From Alphaproteobacteria bacterium (lineage in GTDB: Bacteria > Pseudomonadota > Alphaproteobacteria > RF32 > CAG-239), in the NCBI GenBank assembly GCA_015062435.1, contig SUUR01000002.1:187-64186 (forward strand): a stretch of DNA of 64,000 nucleotides, given 5' to 3'. Shown here piece after piece: positions 57,599-64,000 of the stretch. Under the pieces are notes generated by a model. The model made no database searches. It was given only the letters and a program-made list of their open reading frames with translations, and had not been told where the DNA came from. The first letter of the stretch is position 1; each line of letters begins with the position of its first letter. The translations under genes and the position numbers were made by a program.

Positions 57599-59578
57599 AT
57601 GTCATCAATATTTAAATTAGTTAGCAATTTTGAACCTGCCGGAGATCAACCGCAAGCAATAAAAGAACTTTGCTCTGGTATTATGAATGGTGAAAAAAAT
57701 CAAGTTCTGCTAGGTGTTACCGGAAGCGGAAAAACTTATACTATGGCCAAGGTAATTGAACAGTGTTCCAGACCGGCTTTGATTATGGCTCCCAATAAAA
57801 TTTTGGCCGCTCAACTTTATAGCGAAATGAAAGAATTTTTTCCTCACAATCATGTCGAATACTTTGTTTCGTTTTATGATTACTATCAACCGGAAGCTTA
57901 TGTTCCCAAAACAGATACTTATATAGAAAAAGATTCTGCCCAAAACGAACAAATAGACCGTATGCGTAATGCTGCTACTCGTAATATTTTAGAAAATAGA
58001 GATGTAATAATTATTGCATCAGTATCATGTATATACGGATTAGGAGACGTTGAATCATATTCATCTATGACAATACCGCTACAAATTGGTCAAAACATTA
58101 ACACAAAAGAATTATGTCGCCAATTAAGTGATCTGCAATATGAGCGAAATCAACAAAACTTTGTCCGTTCCACATTTAGAGTACAAGGTGATATTATTGA
58201 TATTTTTCCGGCACATTACGAAGACAAAGCATGGAGAATTTCTTTTTTTGGAGATGAAATAGATAACATTTATGAGTTTGATAGCCTTACCGGAAAAAGA
58301 ATTTCCAACTTAACAAATATTACCATTTATCCTGCCAATCACTATGTGACACCACGTCCCACAATTTCACAAGCAATTATCGGCATTAAAGAAGAACTTC
58401 AAGAACGAATTGAAGAATTTAAATCTCAAAACAAATTTATAGAAGCTCAACGTATAGAACAACGTACCAGATTTGATTTAGAAATGCTTGCAACAACCGG
58501 ACATTGCAAAGGAATAGAAAATTATTCTCGCTATCTGACCGGTCGCAAAGCAGGCTCTCCTCCTCCAACATTATTTGAATATTTACCGCCTGACGCACTT
58601 ATATTTATAGATGAAAGCCATGTTTCCGTACCACAAATCGGTGGCATGTTTAAAGGGGACTACAACAGGAAATCCACACTCGCACAATATGGTTTCAGAT
58701 TACCGTCTTGTGTTGATAATCGTCCGCTGAAATTTGACGAATGGGATCAAATGAGAGGACAAACAATTTTTGTATCAGCAACTCCAAGTGATTGGGAACT
58801 GGAACAAACTCAAGGTTGTTTTGTAGAACAAGTTATCCGTCCGACCGGATTAACAGATCCAGTTTGCATAATCCGACCGGTAGAAAACCAAATTGATGAT
58901 CTTATTAATGAATGTCGTAAAATTTCTGCCAAAGGTGAACGAGCCCTAGTCACCACATTAACAAAAAAAATGGCAGAAGACTTAACCGAATATCTTAATG
59001 ATAACGGTATAAAAGTAAGATATTTGCATTCAGATATTGATACTCTTGAACGCATTGAAATTATTAGAGATTTACGTTTGGGTGTTTTTGATATTCTGGT
59101 AGGAATAAACTTGCTTAGAGAAGGATTAGACATACCAGAATGTTCCTTAGTTGCAATTTTAGATGCCGATAAAGAGGGTTTTTTGCGTTCAGAACGTTCT
59201 CTTATACAAACTATCGGCAGAGCTGCTCGCAATGCTGAAGGAAAAGTAATTTTATATGCAGACAACATTACCAAATCTCTTGAAGGAGCTCTTAACGAAA
59301 CCAATCGTCGCCGCCATAAACAAATGCAATATAATATTGCCAACGGTATAACTCCTCAAACCATAAAAAAGAAAATCTCAGCATCTCTCAGTGAGATGAC
59401 CAACAAAGAATCTTCAAATTCAACAGTTTCTTTACCTGTTAACCTTCAAGAAATTGAAAAAAACATAAAAGAATACCAAAAACTTATGCAAAATGCAGCC
59501 GCAGACTTAGAATTTGAAACAGCAATTACCTATCGCAACAAAATTAAAGAACTTGAAGAACTTTATCTTAAGAGTTAA
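57599..59578 (+). CDS. uvrB: Excinuclease ABC subunit B
   Basis: Walker A GVTGSGKT, helicase motifs, C-terminal UVR domain (LEFETAITYRNKIKELE). Confidence 0.96.
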   Translation: MSSIFKLVSNFEPAGDQPQAIKELCSGIMNGEKNQVLLGVTGSGKTYTMAKVIEQCSRPALIMAPNKILAAQLYSEMKEFFPHNHVEYFVSFYDYYQPEAYVPKTDTYIEKDSAQNEQIDRMRNAATRNILENRDVIIIASVSCIYGLGDVESYSSMTIPLQIGQNINTKELCRQLSDLQYERNQQNFVRSTFRVQGDIIDIFPAHYEDKAWRISFFGDEIDNIYEFDSLTGKRISNLTNITIYPANHYVTPRPTISQAIIGIKEELQERIEEFKSQNKFIEAQRIEQRTRFDLEMLATTGHCKGIENYSRYLTGRKAGSPPPTLFEYLPPDALIFIDESHVSVPQIGGMFKGDYNRKSTLAQYGFRLPSCVDNRPLKFDEWDQMRGQTIFVSATPSDWELEQTQGCFVEQVIRPTGLTDPVCIIRPVENQIDDLINECRKISAKGERALVTTLTKKMAEDLTEYLNDNGIKVRYLHSDIDTLERIEIIRDLRLGVFDILVGINLLREGLDIPECSLVAILDADKEGFLRSERSLIQTIGRAARNAEGKVILYADNITKSLEGALNETNRRRHKQMQYNIANGITPQTIKKKISASLSEMTNKESSNSTVSLPVNLQEIEKNIKEYQKLMQNAAADLEFETAITYRNKIKELEELYLKS

Positions 59579-60359
59579 TAAAATCTGCCGCTTTTTGCAT
59601 TTCATCATCATTCATGCGATGTGCCAAATTTTCAAATACACTAACTTTAAAATCCAATTGCATTTTATCAAACCAACTTACTGTTTTTGCAAAAGTTTTA
59701 TACTGTACGGTGGCATCATCTTTTCCATGTAACAATAAAAATTTCGGTCGAGAAACAATATTTTTTTCCAAATTAGAGCTTCCTGCCACAATTCCGGCCA
59801 CATCTATACAACCTGCAATTTTATTTTTTCTTATTAACGCTGTATAAATAGAAATCATCGCACCTTGAGAAAACCCCATAATAAATGTGTGCCGATCATC
59901 AATGTTCCACTTTTTTTGCTGATCATCAATAAATTCATTCATTTGCTTTGCAACATGAGCAAAATCATCTCCCAATCGATTAAATATATCCCAAATTTCT
60001 TCAATCGAAGCTTCTGGATTACGGAATCGGACTTCAGGATCTTCCTTATAAAAGCTCAACCATTGCAAGTTATCCACATCTTTTTCGCATTTATACGGAG
60101 CTCTGGGAACAACTATCACTGCATTATTCAATTTTCCGCTAAGTGATTGAACTGCATAATTAATTGCTTCAGGAGATCCGTTATAACCATGTATAAAGAT
60201 AACCAACTTTTCCGGATTACCGACTTTGTAATATTTATTATCAAAAAGTGACACGACAAATTCCCATAATGTTATATAGAGATATATTATAATAACAAAA
60301 AAATATCTTATGCAAATGAAATATAACAAAATGAACAATAACCCATTGGCGATAGCCAT
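59568..60359 (-). CDS. Alpha/beta hydrolase, phospholipase/carboxylesterase family
   Basis: Nucleophile elbow GFSQGAM, LLLHGKDD, C-terminal His (LAHRMND). Start is uncertain: the ATG at 60359 overlaps the divergent gene, and a GTG at 60254 is an alternative. Confidence 0.7.
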   Translation of the reverse strand: MAIANGLLFILLYFICIRYFFVIIIYLYITLWEFVVSLFDNKYYKVGNPEKLVIFIHGYNGSPEAINYAVQSLSGKLNNAVIVVPRAPYKCEKDVDNLQWLSFYKEDPEVRFRNPEASIEEIWDIFNRLGDDFAHVAKQMNEFIDDQQKKWNIDDRHTFIMGFSQGAMISIYTALIRKNKIAGCIDVAGIVAGSSNLEKNIVSRPKFLLLHGKDDATVQYKTFAKTVSWFDKMQLDFKVSVFENLAHRMNDDEMQKAADFINS

Positions 60360-61776
60360 TAGAAATGCTTATATAAAACATGTTTTGACCAAACCTTTGG
60401 TTAATGATGCAGAACATGCTTGCAAAAATACGATAGAAAACATTCTTCGTAATAAAAGAACATATCAATTTGAAAAAGCATTAAATAAATTTCTGACTAA
60501 TTCAGGTTTACCTCCTGTTCCATATAGTAGCCCGGCTAACGATGAAAAAGATATTCTGACTTTCACTCTTCAACTCAGTGGCTATATCAGAGATGCTCAA
60601 AAACAACTTGCGAACTTACAACATAATTACGCTTGTGATATTGATTTGATTGATCTATATAAAGCTGCTGCAAAATATTCTGTTGAGTGCAACGGAAAAA
60701 TTGCAGATAGCAAATACATATTTCATGAACATTGTGATTACAAATTTTATCAAGTAATTAATCCTACAACATTATCTCAAGCACAATTTATTGAAACAGG
60801 TTTTGAGATAGATCCTAATCGTCCTAATTTGTTTGTTTCCATGCCTTTTCACATCAAATCAGACCAAGCAGAATTACAAAAATGGAGTACCAAATACCTC
60901 AATAAAATACTAGATAATCAACAAGTTTTTGGTTCTCAAGTAGATGTATACCTTGCCCACTTTCCATTAGAACAACCTCGTGGAGAAAAATTTGCCTTAG
61001 CACTGGAAACCATACGAAATCCTCAAAATTATTTTGAAGATGCCGATATGAAGTTTGTAAAAGACAATTTGATTAAATTTTTAGGAAATAATATTCAGAT
61101 AAACAACAAGAACCAAATAATTTCAAGTGATGCTTTCAGCGACGAAACATTTAAACAAACATGTAAAAATATCACCATTCTGGATTACTGCGCCGGAGGA
61201 GCTCACTCACATCGTTGGATAAATGCTTTTTCTCATTTAGCAAACCAAATTTATGATAAAGAAACCGTAAAAGATGCACTTAAAAATATTTTTGTGGTCA
61301 GCTACGCTTTCCTACCGATTCAAAAAGAAAATAAATATTCAGGTGCTCATTTTATGAGTAACTTTGCAGATGATACTATGCGTAAAGAACCTTTCATAAA
61401 AATGTTTAATCCTGTTGTATATGAGCAAAGCAAATTTCATAAAAATTGCCACACACCGGCAAAAATAAGCATTATGCCGGATAAAAGAAATTATATAATT
61501 GCATTTAATCTTCCGGAAGACTTTGCCGTATATAATGAAAAAAACGAGAAAGTCAGCTTACCTGATCTTGAAAACGGACACCATATGGGAGCAATTACTC
61601 AGCCGAACGCTAACTCTTGGCACAATTATCCATTACAACAATTTACCACTGTTTTAGAAAATGCTAGTCTTGGCAAAAGAGGGCTAAATGTCTTTGATAA
61701 AAGAAGCAGTGTTTCCAACTATCCTAATATCAATAACACATTTATAACCGTTAAATCTTCTAAAAACCATATGTAA
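60310..61776 (+). CDS. Hypothetical protein (orphan, 488 aa)
   Basis: Long ORF with no signal peptide, TM helix or recognised motif, followed by a strong terminator. Confidence 0.55.
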   Translation: MQMKYNKMNNNPLAIAIRNAYIKHVLTKPLVNDAEHACKNTIENILRNKRTYQFEKALNKFLTNSGLPPVPYSSPANDEKDILTFTLQLSGYIRDAQKQLANLQHNYACDIDLIDLYKAAAKYSVECNGKIADSKYIFHEHCDYKFYQVINPTTLSQAQFIETGFEIDPNRPNLFVSMPFHIKSDQAELQKWSTKYLNKILDNQQVFGSQVDVYLAHFPLEQPRGEKFALALETIRNPQNYFEDADMKFVKDNLIKFLGNNIQINNKNQIISSDAFSDETFKQTCKNITILDYCAGGAHSHRWINAFSHLANQIYDKETVKDALKNIFVVSYAFLPIQKENKYSGAHFMSNFADDTMRKEPFIKMFNPVVYEQSKFHKNCHTPAKISIMPDKRNYIIAFNLPEDFAVYNEKNEKVSLPDLENGHHMGAITQPNANSWHNYPLQQFTTVLENASLGKRGLNVFDKRSSVSNYPNINNTFITVKSSKNHM

Positions 61777-61810
61777 AAAAAACCTGCTAATTTGATTAGC
61801 AGGTTTTTTA
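61774..61810. terminator. Bidirectional terminator (488-aa gene / pssA)
   Basis: cctgctaat (61783-61791) pairs with attagcagg (61795-61803), flanked by A8 and T6 tracts. Confidence 0.85.
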
Positions 61811-61821
61811 TTACTAAACAA

Positions 61822-62604
61822 CTACTTTTCAGAATTCTTTTGTTCTTTCCAAAACACTAAAACGCCTATTGGAATAGATAACGCATATAATAACGTCATA
61901 ATTCCTAAAGTCATCCACGGTTGAGTAATCATAAAAGAAGCAAATAAAGCTACCACTAACATTAATGGCATCATCAAATATGTTGGAACTTTTAATTTTT
62001 TGGTTGAAAAAGTCGGTATTCTGCTAACCATCAAAAATGTAACAATCACCAACAATACTGCACAAAAAGCATTTGAGCGCAAAATATTTTCATATTCAGG
62101 AAAATTAAAAGACAACATAATCGGCATCATCACCAAAGCAGCAGCTGCCGGAGCAGGAACCCCTACAAAAAAGTGTTGCCAATAAACCGGCATAGGCTCT
62201 TCTTCTAACATCGTATTAAAACGAGCCAACCTTAAAGCCATTCCCACTGTCAACAAAAGACAAAAGAACCAACCGAATCTGGGCAAATCAAACATTGTCC
62301 ATTGATAAATCATAATAGCCGGAGCAACTCCAAAACTAATACAATCACACAAAGAATCAAGTTCTGCCCCAAATTTGGTAGAACCTTTTAACATGCGAGC
62401 CACTCTTCCATCAAGCAAGTCAAAGAACGCAGCCACAAACACGCATATCACAGCCTTTGCCCAATCACCTTGAATAGAATAACGTATAGAAGTTACTCCG
62501 GCACACAAAGCAAGAAGAGTAACGATATTGGGTGCAATTTTTCTAAAAGGCAAAGCTTTCAACTTTTGTTTAGAAAGTTGAATTTTCTCATTAATTCTTT
62601 CCAT
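61822..62604 (-). CDS. pssA: CDP-diacylglycerol--serine O-phosphatidyltransferase
   Basis: CDP-alcohol phosphatidyltransferase motif DLLDGRVARMLKGSTKFGAELDSLCD. Polytopic membrane protein. Confidence 0.9.
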   Translation of the reverse strand: MERINEKIQLSKQKLKALPFRKIAPNIVTLLALCAGVTSIRYSIQGDWAKAVICVFVAAFFDLLDGRVARMLKGSTKFGAELDSLCDCISFGVAPAIMIYQWTMFDLPRFGWFFCLLLTVGMALRLARFNTMLEEEPMPVYWQHFFVGVPAPAAAALVMMPIMLSFNFPEYENILRSNAFCAVLLVIVTFLMVSRIPTFSTKKLKVPTYLMMPLMLVVALFASFMITQPWMTLGIMTLLYALSIPIGVLVFWKEQKNSEK

Positions 62605-63311
62605 TATCTGATCACTCCGTTTATAGCTTTTTTATCAGAAGTCATATTTGCTATAATACTTTCACCGGCAACCATAGTTTGTCCCAACGCTACCTGAGGC
62701 TCGACCCCTTCCGGCAAATACACATCTAATCTTGACCCGAATCTGATCATACCAAATCGCTCACCGGCCTTATATTCTTGTCCTACGGCAGCATCGCAAA
62801 CGATTCGTCTGGCAACAAGCCCTGCAATCTGTACAAAACAAATATCTTTTCCGCTTTTGGTTTTCATAGCCAACAATTGACGCTCATTATCTTTACTGGC
62901 TTTATCAAGAGTCGCATTCAAAAACTTTCCCGGTACATACACGGCTTTAGTAATTTTACCATCAGCAGGAGAACGATTCACATGCACATTAAAAACGCTC
63001 ATAAAAATACTGACTCGAGTAAATTCTTGTTTTCCCATCCCCAGTTCTTCCGGAGCTTTAACTTTAGCAATCATTTGTACTGTACCATCAGCGGGAGAAA
63101 CAACAACATCATCAATTTCCGGTGTAACTCTTTCCGGATCACGAAAGAAATAATAGCACCAAACGGTTAGAATCACGCCTAACCACCCCAAAGGTTCCCA
63201 AATCATAGCCAATAACGCTGTTACTGCAGCAAAGATTCCGACAAACCTCCAACCTTCATTATGAATATTTGGCAAAATAAACGTACGCCAAGACAAATTA
63301 ATACTTTTCAT
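62604..63311 (-). CDS. psd: Phosphatidylserine decarboxylase proenzyme (short type)
   Basis: 235 aa with [10 protein letters not shown] self-cleavage (GS) motif. Upstream of and overlapping pssA. Confidence 0.9.
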   Translation of the reverse strand: MKSINLSWRTFILPNIHNEGWRFVGIFAAVTALLAMIWEPLGWLGVILTVWCYYFFRDPERVTPEIDDVVVSPADGTVQMIAKVKAPEELGMGKQEFTRVSIFMSVFNVHVNRSPADGKITKAVYVPGKFLNATLDKASKDNERQLLAMKTKSGKDICFVQIAGLVARRIVCDAAVGQEYKAGERFGMIRFGSRLDVYLPEGVEPQVALGQTMVAGESIIANMTSDKKAINGVIR

Positions 63312-63480
63312 AAAAGTTTCCTTTCAAAAGCTCGATAAGAGAGGGATACACTGCCGTGACGCTGTCAACTGTCGCAATTTATACATCTTATCGATGGTTA
63401 TAACAATATATAGAAAGCACATTTTACAGGTATGAGCAACCTTTTTTATTCATTATTATTCATAAAAATAAATTTTATGG

Positions 63481-63509
63481 TTGCAAATAAAATAAAAGCT
63501 ATGTATAAG
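63481..63509 (+). promoter_or_regulatory. Sigma70-type promoter of tRNA-Leu
   Basis: TTGCAA (63481-63486), 17 nt, TATAAG (63504-63509), about 20 nt upstream of the tRNA 5' end. Confidence 0.5.
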
Positions 63510-63528
63510 AAGAATGCTAAATGATTTT

Positions 63529-63615
63529 GCGCTTGTGGCGGAACTGGTAGACGCTGCAGACTTAAAATCTGTTGTCCGCAAGGACGTGCCGGTTCGATTC
63601 CGGCCTAGCGCACCA
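63529..63615 (+). tRNA. tRNA-Leu (anticodon UAA)
   Basis: Hand-folded cloverleaf. Acceptor gcgcttg/ctagcgc (one T:T mismatch), D-arm gcgg..aactggtag..cgc, anticodon stem gcaga/tctgt with loop cTTAAaa, long variable arm gtcc-gcaa-ggac, T-arm gccgg-ttcgatt-ccggc, encoded CCA. Confidence 0.9.
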
Positions 63616-63621
63616 ATAAAA
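63600..63621 (+). repeat. Direct repeat copy 1 (tRNA-Leu 3' end, att-like)
   Basis: ccggcctagcgcaccaataaaa, identical to 63764-63785. Confidence 0.85.
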
Positions 63622-63623
63622 AA

Positions 63624-63648
63624 GCTCACCCCTGTGGTGAGTTTTTTT
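63624..63648 (+). terminator. Terminator after tRNA-Leu
   Basis: gctcacc (63624-63630) pairs with ggtgagt (63636-63642, last pair G:U), followed by a T-run to 63648. Confidence 0.75.
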
Positions 63649-63763
63649 GTTGGTATGATATACAGGATATCGAACCGGCACAGTGCCGGTTTGACTACAA
63701 GCGAAAGCGATACGGGGGTATCGCGGTCAGCTATGCTGATGAGCGTAGTGCAGCGAAGCTAAG

Positions 63764-63785
63764 CCGGCCTAGCGCACCAATAAAA
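63764..63785 (+). repeat. Direct repeat copy 2 (att-like)
   Basis: ccggcctagcgcaccaataaaa. No tRNA body precedes it. Confidence 0.85.
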
Positions 63786-64000
63786 GTGCCATTCCAATAA
63801 TCTCACCATTTTTATTTTTTTTACTCATTAGAACGACGAACAATAATAGTTATGGTTTCTCTATGCTTCTTGCAGAAATTTATCATTGATTTATTTATAA
63901 TTTAATCATATTTTCTAAGTAAAACATAATGTGTTTTTTCACTACAATAAGGTAAGTAAAATGTCTGAAGAAATATATATACTAAATGATAATGGTTGTT

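Noticed and set aside
63514-63762. 82-aa ORF spanning the tRNA-Leu gene and the following hairpin-rich segment.
   Set aside because: It overlaps a well-folding tRNA and its terminator and has no SD. It is an artefact of ORF calling.
63651-63763. Possible tRNA pseudogene or piece of an alphaproteobacterial two-piece tmRNA next to tRNA-Leu (smpB is in the window).
   Set aside because: I could not fold a cloverleaf or a tRNA-Ala-like acceptor with G3:U70. No reading frame ends in a typical ...AA tag; the frame ends ...VVQRS. The duplicated acceptor is Leu-type, so an att-like duplication is the better explanation.
63961-64000. Possible start of a new plus-strand gene (atgtctgaagaaatatat..., MSEEIYILNDNGC) at the window edge.
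   Set aside because: Only 13 codons are visible, which is insufficient to support a CDS call.

Overview
Low-G+C chromosomal segment (about one-third G+C by eye, not computed) with alphaproteobacterial core content. Core genes seen: ccrM; atpI-atpB-atpE-b'-b; pal-cpoB-tilS-smpB; ftsE-ftsX; xseB-ispA; rpsF-rpsR-rplI; rnd, tadA, rsmD, rlmE; pssA-psd; uvrB; ndk; one tRNA-Leu(UAA). PPDK plus pta-ackA suggest an acetate-forming fermentative lifestyle. The organism may be an uncultured host-associated alphaproteobacterium, but that is a guess. Flagellar genes sit in three separate blocks: flgB-flgC-fliE plus an flhB-C-like gene; fliO-fliP; and fliL-fliM-x-motE-like-TPR. Accessory content worth a second look: (1) a dispersed family of about 72-bp double-hairpin elements with compensatory stem changes, extended by 21-24-bp half-hairpin tandem arrays (18.5, 23.1, 23.7, 36.8 kb), with a small GIY-YIG nuclease gene bracketed by 101-bp direct copies; (2) a two-gene island flanked by those arrays (876-aa putative lipoprotein plus 230-aa beta-barrel OMP) that lacks Shine-Dalgarno sequences and looks Bacteroidota-like; (3) a 994-aa protein with a prepilin/TadE-TadG-like N-terminus plus a membrane partner, wedged between fliP and fliL; (4) three secreted proteins sharing a Cys-rich CA(E/D)MGY...CPFD module; (5) a lipoprotein whose trypsin-like domain has all three catalytic residues replaced; (6) an orphan two-gene operon where tolB would normally sit; (7) tandem Ppx/GppA paralogs; (8) a 22-bp duplication of the tRNA-Leu 3' end. 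No CRISPR array, rRNA, transposase or integrase was seen. All functional calls rest on motif recognition by eye; no database search was run.
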